A DNA stretch of 58,681 nucleotides, filler included, from Sphacelaria rigidula (Eukaryota), in the NCBI GenBank assembly GCA_964200075.2. It is 6 parts of 6 records of this genome, joined end to end, with 100 filler letters (N's around TTAATTAATTAA, not from the genome) between each part and the next. Parts side by side here need not be neighbours in the genome. Positions count along the whole stretch, not along the records: positions 1 to 9,698 come from CAXNAA020007943.1; positions 9,799 to 19,495 come from CAXNAA020007944.1; 4 more parts are not named here. The stretch is one strand, 5' to 3'. Position numbers and translations under genes: made by a program. Position 1 is the first letter of the stretch. Every line of letters starts with the position of its first letter. The notes under the pieces were generated by a model. That model was not told the DNA's origin. It saw only the letters and a list, made by a program, of their open reading frames with translations, and made no database searches. This document shows positions 1 through 10,720 of this stretch, piece after piece.

Positions 1-4
1 TCTT

Positions 5-560
5 TAGTGGGGAACTCGATCGCGGATGTGTTTTGGCCGGAGGCCCCCTCCCCCCCCCCCCCCCCCGATCTGCGTACAGATCCGTTTTAGTGACTACCAT
101 AAAAAATGGTCTATGGCTACTTCTCATGTATGAAAAAATAAACCTTGTTCAAAGTGCATTTTTGGCCCTTCTCCGTCATTCTTCCCCCGAAAATAGGGTC
201 AGGCGCATGTTGACACATTGGCATAACTTGCTCTACTCGCTGAGATCGTTGTAGAGCACCTTTGCGCTTTCCGTAGGTCACAGCCCCGTTTTTGGTCAAA
301 CTTGCACTTTCAACAACAAGCGGTCAAGTCATAAAAAAACAGGGGGGAAACTGCCATTGTTTTTATAACTTGACCGTGTGTTACTGAAAATGCAAGTTTG
401 ACCAAAAACGGGGCTGTGACCTGCGGAAAACGCAAAGGTGCTTTACAACCGTCTCAGCGAGTAGAGCAAGTCATTCCAAGGTGTAAACATCCACCTAGCT
501 CTCTTTTCGGGGGAAAAACGACGGAGAAGGGCAAAAAATGCACTTTTCAACAAGTTGTAT
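5..560 (+). mobile_element. Palindromic (foldback) DNA-transposon end, copy 1
   Basis: Arms ~145-340 and ~360-555 are inverted repeats of each other (e.g. CACAGCCCCGTTTTTGGTCAAACTTGCA vs TGCAAGTTTGACCAAAAACGGGGCTGTG). The whole block is an inverted homologue of 3110-3733 and starts with TAGTGGGGA. Confidence 0.7.
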
Positions 561-1499
561 TTTATTATACATATACTTCTTACGTAAAAAAAAATCATCA
601 AAGAAGCCGTTTTGTGATGAACCGTTCTTCAACAGATATTTTCAAGTAGCCCTTCTTACGTCACGTGGACGTTATGCAATACCAGAAAAGCAATTCTCAT
701 CGTCTTTCACGACATGTGTGGGGAAATTTCTCAAATCTAGGGCGCGTGAGAGAGAAAGCACCCTGCTGTTGTGTCGTGGTGTACGGTCCGTACTGTACTG
801 ACTGTACTGTACTGTAAGTGTTGACTGCGCAGTACTCTTTTATGCGCACCGCCTCGCTGTTCTTACCGACAGGAGAACTGACGGCTATACCTTTTCGCTG
901 CACGGTACTCGTGGTACTCAACTGTACGGACAGCACGGACAACAGCACAGTGCTGTATTGTATGTTTTGAATAGAGTACTTGCACTACGTCGTGTGTTCA
1001 GTACGGTGGTGTCTCTACCAGAATTGGGTGCATGAAGAGTAATTTGTACTGCATTGCAACTGCTGGTGGCAACACACTGCATGCACAGAGCCAAACTGCA
1101 CTAGAAATTTACTGTACTACACGGAGCGCATAATCGTATAGTGGTTATCATCGACCCCGCCCTCTGCTGCTCTAATGGGGTAAAGGGCCGCCACGCTTCT
1201 GGCGGGCGAAGACGCGGTAGTAACACGCTGACTGGCCGCGAGCAACAGCAGTGGCAACAGTGATGGCAGTCAAGCCAGCATCGGTGCTATTGTGGAGTGA
1301 AGAGGGGTGTGGCGTTGATGAGCAGCGGGATTCCAAAAGCTTGTGCGGTAACATTTTTCGATATAGCCCAAAGCGATCAGAATACCAGGATTGTCTGATA
1401 AAAAACATCAAGAACGCGTTTTCTGATGACACAAGAAGTGGGATTTTGGCCATTTATCGATAAACGTGTTTTCTTCTAGAGATTTTCACGGGAACCGCA

Positions 1500-1741
1500 G
1501 GTAAGGTACCGTACTGAGCGTATCCCCGGTATTTACCGGGGTATATCATACCATGGTATGCGTGGGTGTCGTAGGTATGAGTTTTGAATATACCTAATCG
1601 AGAAGGTACGGTAGGTATTGAAATCTCGAAATACCATGGTATCGTAGGTATCGTAGGTAATACATTTGAAAATACCCGATTGGGTCGGTATCGGTAGGGT
1701 ATGAGATGTCACAAATACCAGTACCAGGTACCTGCCTCACC
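1500..1741 (+). mobile_element. MITE-like repeat with two ~84-bp internal units
   Basis: Starts GGTAAGGTACC and ends GGTACCTGCCTCACC. Internal units read GGTATCGTAGGTA...GAAAATACCCGA...GGTAGGTAT...CGAAATAC. Homologous to 2742-3060. Confidence 0.6.
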
Positions 1742-2741
1742 CTCTATACCGTTTCCAAAACTGTCATCCGGCACTGCGGAGAAGCGTTTCAGGGCGTGTC
1801 TAAGCACTTTTTTTTCCGTTCGAAAAAATGGGGCGGTGGAAATGAATTGAGCGAAAAAAACGCTTAGTTGTGTCGAGTTGAGCCCAAGCGAATTTCCAAG
1901 CATTCGATCAAAAAAAGACGGTGAAATTCGTGGAACGGTACATGGTCACTCGTGTACAGTATAGACATTCTGTACGGTCTGCACGGTTTGCAAGCAGTGT
2001 CTCTTGAGTGCGTATGTGCGTGTTTTAGTAGAACTCTATAGAGAAACGGGCAACGTGCAGCGCAGACAGCCCAGGACTATCAGTCTTCTCTGCTTACAAT
2101 GCGACGTTAAAGGGAATCCAACAACGTGCAGCTTTGTACTGCCTGTACTGTCCATGAGCGTGTACGCAACTCAGTTGCCCACCGTGCCACGCAGTTCCGT
2201 CACTGATCCTACCACGAAAGATGCGCAAGTTTTCGCCAACAAAATATAAACAAAGCATACCCAACTGTTGAAGTGTATATATCCCTGTGGACAACTCGTA
2301 CTCGATGCTGCAGGGTTGCGGTGGTAGCTGAAAATGAGTTGAATAGAGTTAGCATGGTTATGTGAACGGGTGTTGTCTGGCGTGGTGGTCTAGAAGATAG
2401 GAGTCAAGTGCCGCTTCGTGCCTATCGACCGCATGTTCCAGATTGAAAAAGCTTAGCTTCATTGCCTTGAAGTTTTCTCCCGCGCGCCACTAGTTACAAA
2501 TTTGAGTTGAAGTCTTGTAAGAACAGACATGCTGTGGACCTATCAGATGAGAAAAACAAATCGACCACACTTCAGACTACAAAGCAATAAGTTCATTCGA
2601 ATTGATTCAAATACGAAAATCAGGGGGAATCTAGAATCAAGGTATATATTACTTGTGAAAACAAGACGTACCTGCGCCGACAACTTTTGGCCTTTGCGTA
2701 AGTGGGGACCAGCTGCTGCATCGTGGGGAGTGCATCGCGTC

Positions 2742-3060
2742 CGGTATTTACGGTGTATACCCCTGGTATTTACCGGAGTGTCCCATACCGTGGTATCGTA
2801 GGTATCGTAGGTACGACCTTTGAAAATACACGAGTGGGCGGGTACGGTAGGTATTGACCTCTCGAAATACGCTGATATCGTGGATATCGTGGATATGAGT
2901 TTTGAAAGTACCCGATCGAGCGGATACGATAGGTTTTGACATCTCGAAATACCGTGGTACCGTGGGTATCGCAGGTCTTAGTCTTGAAAATACAAGATTG
3001 GACCGACATCGGTAGGGTATGAGACGTCCAAAATACCGGTGACGGGTATCCATCTCACCT
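2742..3060 (+). mobile_element. Same MITE-like family, three ~82-84-bp internal units
   Basis: Unit ends (AAATAC) at 2870, 2952 and 3036. Shares the 5' CGGTATTTACC and 3' CTCACC sequences with 1500-1741. Confidence 0.6.
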
Positions 3061-3109
3061 ACGGTGCCTGTGGAGTTTTTTTAATACATAAGAATTACCC
3101 TACAAGAAA

Positions 3110-3733
3110 AAAAACTTGTTGAAAAGTGCATTTTTGGCCCTTCTCCATCGTTTTTCAAGAGAGCTAGGGGGATGTGGACACCTTGTAATGACTTGCTCTA
3201 CGCGCTACAACCGTTGTAGAGCACCTTTGCGTTTTCCGCAGGTCACAGCCCCGTTTTTAGCCACAGTTACATTTTCAATAACAACCGGTCAAGTTATAAA
3301 AAAAAAGGCAGTTTCCCCCATATATATTTTTAACTTGACCACTTGTTATTGAAAATGCAAGTTTGGCCAAAAACGAAACTGTGACCTGCGGAAAACGCAA
3401 AGGTGCTCTACAATGGTCTGTCTCAGCGAGTATAGTAAGTCATCTCACGGCGTCAACATGCGTCTAGCCCTATTTTCGGGGAATGACAACGGAGAAGGGC
3501 CAAAAGTGCACTTTTCAACGAAATTCATGACTTGATACATAAGAAGTAGCCTTAGACCATCTTTTATTGCGATCAACCATCTCGATTCTTCCAACATCGG
3601 GGGGGAAAAAGTCGGGCAACGCATTTTGTGGGCCCCGATTTCGACCAAATCGGGGTGACACGATCTCAAAAGTGTTTCCTGATTTTTTTTCGAAAAATTG
3701 GGGGATATCGTTCCGAGATCGTAACTCCCCCTA
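3110..3733 (-). mobile_element. Palindromic (foldback) DNA-transposon end, copy 2 (inverted relative to copy 1)
   Basis: Internal palindrome ~3115-3520 centred near 3315. The flank ATACATAAGAAGTAGCCTTAGACCAT is the reverse complement of ~105-131. Ends CTCCCCCTA at 3733. Confidence 0.7.
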
Positions 3734-4656
3734 ATTTTTAGGAAGGTGGCGTACGCGCATTGACGTTCAATGGTACGGTACGAGGCGTTTGATATTTTTC
3801 CAACCGCAGCAGAAGACAGTCTTGTGACAGCGTAGGGCGTGCCTGCCCGCGCGAGCTGCTGAGGCAGCTTGGCACGGAGTTTGACAAGCGGATAATGAGT
3901 GTTGACGCCGTCCCCTGCGGCGATGGTAATTTTTTATGCTCCACTGCGCTGCCATAGGTTTCAATATGACAAACGGCACTGCACTACTGAACTCTTCTTG
4001 TGGACTGTTTACTGTTCTCATAACACCGACTATGCCATGATGTACTATGATGCACAGTACGCAATACCACCACCGTATTATTCACCACCTCCCTGCTCTT
4101 CAGCTTCATGCATGAATACTCAATACCACAAACTCATGCAGAAAATGACTATGATTATCCGTGTAAAGAACTATTGCACAAATTTGTGATACTGTACCAT
4201 CAAGCGGTCCCCCCGACTTTGAGTTGGCGAATTTGAGTGCTCCTGGTTTCTTCAAAATCGAGGTCTCAAAAAGTCGAGATTGTCGCCATGAAAGATGGTC
4301 TAAGAAGCGGCCTGAGTACAGTGACAGTGAATGTACTGACTGTACTTGTACGAACAGAATGTCAAAATCAATAATTCCGAACCTAGCTTGACGATGGGCG
4401 CTTTTGGCGACCTGGAAGAGGGGGTCGCAGTCCATGCTCCTGTTTTTTCAATCAGCATCATGCTCACTTGAAGAATATATCTCAGCCTTACATGTTCATC
4501 AGCGCGTGCTCTAACAATCAAAACAAGAGTTTTGACAAGTTCAACACGTGTAGATTTATGCTAATATTGCCCTATGATGACTGAGGCTGGGCCGCCTAAG
4601 AAGCGGACTTTCCTTCAGCCGGTTCTAACTGACGATATATCGCGAGTTGTGCATAC

Positions 4657-6162
4657 CATGACACATCGTGGTAATCTGCAAATCAACGCGCGTCTTTCAG
4701 TTCACGTGGCACTGAGATCTGGCTAGTTCCCATCGAATGAAAAACCAAACTGTAGTCAGCTGCGAAGTTTAGAGAGTTGATGGTGACAGGTGCGGTGGAA
4801 TTAGGGGGGGGGAAAGGCTGAAATCGCATTTTCGATTACAGTCGGTTGTGCCGCGGCCGCAAAGTGATGGTGCTGCACAAGTTGTGCTTGTACAGCAATG
4901 CATGTCGTACTGTAGGCGCGCAGTGGGTAAACAAAGCTTGTAGGAAACGTCAAAGTTCCGGCTGAGGTTGTTGTACTCTATCTAAAAGCCAGTCCACCGA
5001 TTGTCAACAGAAAAGCGCGGTTGCGCTGGTCGATTTTGAGTCGTTTGCTATGATATTTTGACACGACGTACATGCGGTGTGTGCAAAGCCCCCATCCCTT
5101 GTCCTTCCTCATGTTTTTCTCGACCGTAATGAGTTCTTGGTGATCGAAAAATTGAAACAATTTATTTCGGTTCAAAATCGCCGCCAGCTCATTGAAAAGG
5201 AGGGGAAAAATCAAGGGGGAACATTAGGGTCTCTACAACATACCTCATGCACAATGCTTCAAAATTTCGTGCAAAAAGACTCGAGATTGAACAGCATAAC
5301 CGCATTTCATTTTTTCGTGGCTGGTCCATCTCCACGCAGGAACCGGTCTTCAACACGAACACGAGATCATGCAGCTAAATTTTTAGTAGTTTCTTAATCA
5401 AGTTTTGACACGATGTACAGGACGTATGTGCGAAGACTCTGTTATCCGCCCCCTGTATTTCTTATTTCATCTCCGTGAATTGTGGGCGACTAAACATTTC
5501 AGAACAGTTTTTTCGGAACTAATTCGTGACTAACTCACGAAAAAAAAAGAAGAAAGTAGGGGCAGATAATGGATTCTTGGCATACTGTACAGTATACGTA
5601 CGTCCTTTACATCGTGTCAAAATTTCATCGAAAACGCCCCAAAATTAAGGTGCATAATCGCGTGTTCGCACCCCTGTCCGCGTTTTAGGGCGGCCGAGCC
5701 TGTATAATAGTGGCCAGTTCGCTACGAGTATTGCGGGCCCACTGCTGTACCATCTGCACTTCATCGCTGTGCTTTGTAAGTACCAACTGCATGATAACGA
5801 TACTGTTGTACCGCCTGTGTTGTCTGTTAAACACAACTCAAGACTTGGCGACACCAGAGCTGCCCTAACAACGACTATGGCTTCCCACAAAAGTCCCTCG
5901 CTGGGTATGTGCTATCGTCCCAACACAGGTATCTCGTCCGCCAACTAGTTGCTCTCGATTGTGATGCTGACCTTAGCAGGATGCCTGCCTCTTGAATTAG
6001 CTCACAACCCCAAATGCGGTGGGCTTGTTCTGTCTCCAACTCCACATCGTTGTTTCCAGATGGTCGATTATCGAGAATGTCGCGTGGAAGAATGATGGTC
6101 CTATGCCATGCCTCATCATCTGGTATTTGGCCAGGAGTAGAGTTTCTCGCGGTCTCTGCCAT
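4657..6162 (-). CDS. CCNL: Cyclin L (cyclin box N-terminus), 5' partial gene; exon 1 = 6162-5972, probable 19-nt exon 2 = 4675-4657
   Basis: Exon 1 encodes MAETARN...RPSGNNDVELETEQAHRIWGCELIQEAGILLR, matching the cyclin L signature (PS..D.+..ETE..LR..GCELIQ.AGILLR). It ends at an AG|GTCAGC donor in phase 2. A CAG|ATTACCACGATGTGTCATG|GTATGC micro-exon continues in frame as R-LPRCVM (cf. LPQAVM/LPQVAM). Later exons were not found in this contig. Confidence 0.8.
5050..5630. repeat. Degenerate dimer of MITE-like units in the cyclin L intron
   Basis: TTTTGACACGA(C/T)GTACA occurs at ~5056 and ~5403. Its inverse (ACATCGTGTCAAAATTTC) occurs at ~5610, with a degenerate copy at ~5250. Confidence 0.4.
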
Positions 6163-7239
6163 GGCCGTAGCGATTGCCGTTGTTGTCAAGAACTCCGAAC
6201 CCGCAAGCACATAGGAGTCCCGACCAGCTGTGCCGGAAAATAACCGAATCAAACACCTCGCTCGCTTAGAACATGACCAGAGAACAAGCGCAATTCTTCA
6301 GATATTTGTGTTCGCCACAGGTAAAGGTATGACAAAAGAGCATGCTCTACTGTCATGACCTTTGTTGTTCGCTTCGCGAAAGCACTGGGCAGTATCATGA
6401 ATCGCGCTATTCTATTCGGGGGCATTTGCTTCTCGTTCGCCGCCCTGCAAGCCGGGGCAGACTGGAGTAAGGGATTGTGCTGGAGCCTCGCTGTTTTCGC
6501 CTTCATGTGGAGTATTACAAACACGCTGTAATCAACGCAACATGGGTGCATCCTGGGTCGATAACAATTTACGAGTATGCTTCACCGAGACACAGGCTAC
6601 AGACAACAAGTGCGTGTATATACCGTACCGGGGCTCACAAATGCACACACACATGTAGAGCAGTACTGCAGTCGTGAGGTCAAACGAAAGTGACCAAGGC
6701 TTGAAGTGTAGTACTACCCGCCGTTGGTCTCCGATAAGATTGAGCACACAACAAAGGACCTCGTTCCCAAAATGCCGACCTACACAGCGTCCAGAGATTA
6801 TCGAACGGGTGGGGTATCGTAGTTGGTACACACAAACACCCAGTCATTCATAGTTTTCCTGCAGATGTACTGGATCTCGGCAGATCTACAGGGTGTCCTC
6901 ATAATCTACAATATAATCTATAGGTCACCCAGGGGGGGCGTATTTCGATTTTTGAGACATGTGGGCCCCTAAAGTTGAGATTCGGTAGATGTGGGAGTGG
7001 GAAGCGCGCCTGCGCAGCCAAGGATAAAATACTGTTGTCTAACACCGTTGACACTGCTTAGTAGACCAATGACGTAGTAATCACATGGTGAGCAGTTGAC
7101 AAGAGCCATTGCGGTATGCTCAGATATCAAACAATATCTGGTATCTGGATGACTGACACAGCAACAAATCTGTATCAATCAGGGGGGCTGATACCGCGGT
7201 ATATTATGTGCCACTTCTATTACACTTACTTACTATGCC

Positions 7240-7576
7240 GGTCGCCCCGGTGGCTCAGCTGGCAACCTCGAAACCATCTGATGATCGGGTCGTGGATTAG
7301 AATCTCGGAGCGAACTGGGATTTTTCTCACAAAAGCCCAACAGTGAACATGTCGTGGGTACACAAATTTCGACTCAACGGTCGACGAGGAAAATGAACTC
7401 CTGAACCCCTCTCGCGATAAAAGATAAAAGGCAAGCACCGCACAAGGCAGGGTGGAAAAATGAAAACAAGTAAAAAAGAAACAAACTCCTGTGTTGGCCT
7501 TCCTCCTGTGTGCCCACATATACCGAAAGGTGTATAGACCGACGTCCAGAATAGATGGGACGACAACACACACACT
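7240..7576 (+). mobile_element. tRNA-derived SINE, copy 1
   Basis: Head GTCGCCCCGGTGGCTCAGCTGG is A-box-like. The body contains CTGAACCCCTCTCGCGAT and CTCCTGTGTTGGCCTTCCT, and it ends in GTCCAGAATAGATG plus an (AC)n tail. Colinear with 41312-41666. Confidence 0.7.
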
Positions 7577-8766
7577 AGAGTTATGCTCCAGCGGGGCGTA
7601 TACAGTGCCATGGGGGTTCCGTCACAGTGCGGTCAAAATCGCGTTGTCACTGATCCCATCTCATGAGCTAATCTCCGCAAATTGCGCCTCACTAGTATTG
7701 CGCAGGGTCCTAACTTGAGCGGCCACGCCGAGCTAGCGACCCACCGCATTATGCTGGGACCCTCACTGGACAATAGGAGCCAGAATCGTGAGTATGGTCC
7801 GTTTCATGTGGTTTTTCATATACTGCTACGTACGGTAGTGCCGACTCCTACACTTACAGATAGTCATGAGCCACCTAGGGTTTGGGTAACATCTCCGTAT
7901 TCTTGTCCACTCTTTGTATCGTGATTCACAGACAACAATAGTAAGGTATCACCCGGCAGAGTAGCTAATATGATGCAGTGGAAGCAGAGGGCTCACGGCA
8001 CTATGCGAAGAGACTGCGCAAGCAGAGCATACACCAATCGAGATACCGAGTGGTGCAGTTTTTTAACAAGAACCTCAAGTGCCCAAATTAACCCCCCCCC
8101 CCCCCCGAGGGGGTAGATGATCGTATGACTATGGCATACATGATCATGAGTACATCCCGAGGGGGTAGGGGGCGGGGGAGGGCTGTATGCATCAAATTCC
8201 AGTCTTCGGACACCCCTTGGCTACTTGAAAAGTCTGCAGGTACTCTACGAGTAGAGATCTGCAGAGGCTTGGTTAATCTATGAGACTTTACCGGGTCCCG
8301 TGTGCATGAGTCTCTCGCCGGCTTCCCGCGTGAGGCTGATGCCGCGATAGCCCCCCCGGAAAATTGGCTGGTTTATTGAGGAGAAAAAATCTGTACGTAT
8401 ATCAAAATGACAAGAGCCGAGCACACCGAGCAGCTGGGGACTTTCACGCTTGGAATCATCTTCGCCAATTTCGCCCATATGAGGCGCTTCATGCATTATA
8501 AAATCAGCTGTCACGCGCTGTATGGCAATTTTCTTCGTGAGAGTTTGGGTTGGTCTGGGGGGGGGGGGCTATCGCGGCATCACTCGCAAGATATGCGTAA
8601 TGGGAGGAGTTTGCTATCTCAAGTCCCTTCTTCGTTATTTACCCCCTTCCGCAGTTGATCCCGGCCTCGAGAAATCGGGGCGACGTACAGTAGACGACCC
8701 AGGGCTGATCGATGCCAAAGATAAGATAATAGATAGCATGAGTAGGTATATACACATCAAAACATT

Positions 8767-8937
8767 GCACACCTTGGACAACATATGGTCAACAGTTGCA
8801 ATAGACATAAAACGTATTGCATAAAGTATAGGCCTATTGCGACTATTGTCGGCCGGCAATAGTTGCAATAGGCCTATACTTTATGCAGTACACTTCTCGT
8901 CTACTGCATGTATTGACCATATATTGTCCAGGGTGTG
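8767..8937. mobile_element. Foldback MITE / long hairpin
   Basis: Near-perfect palindrome centred on TCGGCCGG (~8852), with ends CACACCTTGGAC...GTCCAGGGTGTG. Related fragments lie at ~11700-11780, ~13215-13280 and ~20550-20612. Confidence 0.65.
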
Positions 8938-9698
8938 AAACATTGTAACACAGAAATTTCCCACACCGATTTATTTGCCCGCGCAAAATATACAACAAAA
9001 AGAGCAGTTTGAGGAGTGGTCAGATGGAATCCAGTAAGTCTGTGATCTCCACCATATTCGCCGATGCGACGTCGTTACACAGTATAATCGCCGTTCGTAG
9101 GGGGGGGGGTGCGTTGCTGTCAGCCGAGGGACAATCATAGGGCGGCTATGACCCAAAACTCCATGCCTTCACCATCCTGCTGCGGATGCTGATCGTATCC
9201 GTGGCTAGCCTGACGTCTGAGAATCTTCGATAGAGCGGGCTCAAAGAGGAACGAGGACAAGCACTACGCGAGCGCGAGATTGACCAGGTGCTCGATGGGC
9301 GATCAGCGTTTTCCAAACATTTTCATCGGAACAGCAGACTTGAGAGGATACCATCCCCACGAGTAAACGTCTTTCTAGCTCAAAACGCAAGCGCTGGCGC
9401 CATGCAAGGTGGCATCATCCACGGTGCACTATCCTAAGAATAGTCCAGGTTGTGCTAGGCACGCAATGCTTTATCGGAAGGGTCACGAGCTGAAATGAAG
9501 AAAGATCGCTGCAAATTATCCGGATGGTGAGCGCAATAGACGCTAGTTGTTTTATATTTGTTTTCCTGGAACCGGCACTAGATCTATCTTGGCGTCTTTC
9601 TCATTATTTTCGTTCTCTTCCCTTCCCTCTCCCCCCCCCCCCCCCCCCCCACCCACCCACCCCGCGCACGACGCGGGGCGCACCGCGGTCCACACCGA

Positions 9699-9798
9699 NN
9701 NNNNNNNNNNNNNNNNNNNNNNNNNNNNNNNNNNNNNNNNNNTTAATTAATTAANNNNNNNNNNNNNNNNNNNNNNNNNNNNNNNNNNNNNNNNNNNN
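9699..9798. other. Artificial contig linker (N44-TTAATTAATTAA-N44)
   Basis: Identical 100-bp spacer with a six-frame stop sequence, present five times in the window. Confidence 0.98.
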
Positions 9799-9870
9799 AA
9801 CCGGTGCCCGCCGCGGAAGGGCGGCCGCAAAAAAGGCCAAACCACCCAACCACCCAACAAATAAAGGGTA

Positions 9871-9901
<31 letters not shown>

Positions 9902-10720
9902 CTGGACAACAAAAGAGATCACGTTGTCGAGGAATGTACTGCGTACAGTATGGAATCTACTGTTGATTGCAGGCTATTACAGATTACGTTGTCGGATAAT
10001 GGATGTACAGTTTAGAATCTACTGTCTCAAGCAAAAAGATGGAATAGTCGATACTGTACGCAGTACATAAAATGATACCGTAATCTATTGTCATTTTCTA
10101 GTGTGATGTTCTTGTGTGCACGATTTCGACGGAAGCTAGTGGTCATTTGCGAGATGGAATTTTGTGCTCAGTGCTGAGGATGGGGTATGTGAATACTTTT
10201 GATGTACCCCGAGTCTTTTTTGCTTTTTTTGTTTTCAATTTTCGTTAATTGCATGCATAATGTCATGCTGGTTTCTCTCTGTTGAATGTGCTGACAAACT
10301 GGAAATATTGAAATATTTTACACCCTGTGCAGCAGATTTTACCTTCAACAACTGTACTGCGTACAACACATGATGTGTGGCGTGTACTGTAATAGACAGG
10401 GATTACATACTGTAACCAGTACACTTCTTGACAATGTCATACAATCGTCAAGCAGGGTGAAAAAAAATGTGATTGAAATCAAAAGTGGGGTACTTTCGAG
10501 TATCCGACAGTTCAGGTTATGGAGGGTACCCACCGCTGTTGATATCCTGAAATACTGTGAGTACAGATGCCTGAGGTTCCTAGTAAAGCAGAGCTCGCAC
10601 GCGTATTGTTCACCTTACCTTCTAGATCGTGAGGGTATCTGCTGCTTAACCGCGTAAACTCTACCCGCCCGACTGACGACGCGTCTCTGTGGTTCCCGCT
10701 TGCACAACGAACGAAACCAG

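Noticed and set aside
3832-3957. OTU-protease-like VPCGDGNFLC motif
   Set aside because: The catalytic Cys is not in place, the frame stops soon after and no downstream His motif was found.
9743-9754. TTAATTAATTAA recurring every ~9.8 kb as a biological periodic motif or piggyBac site
   Set aside because: It is always embedded in N44 runs, so it is an artificial six-frame-stop linker.
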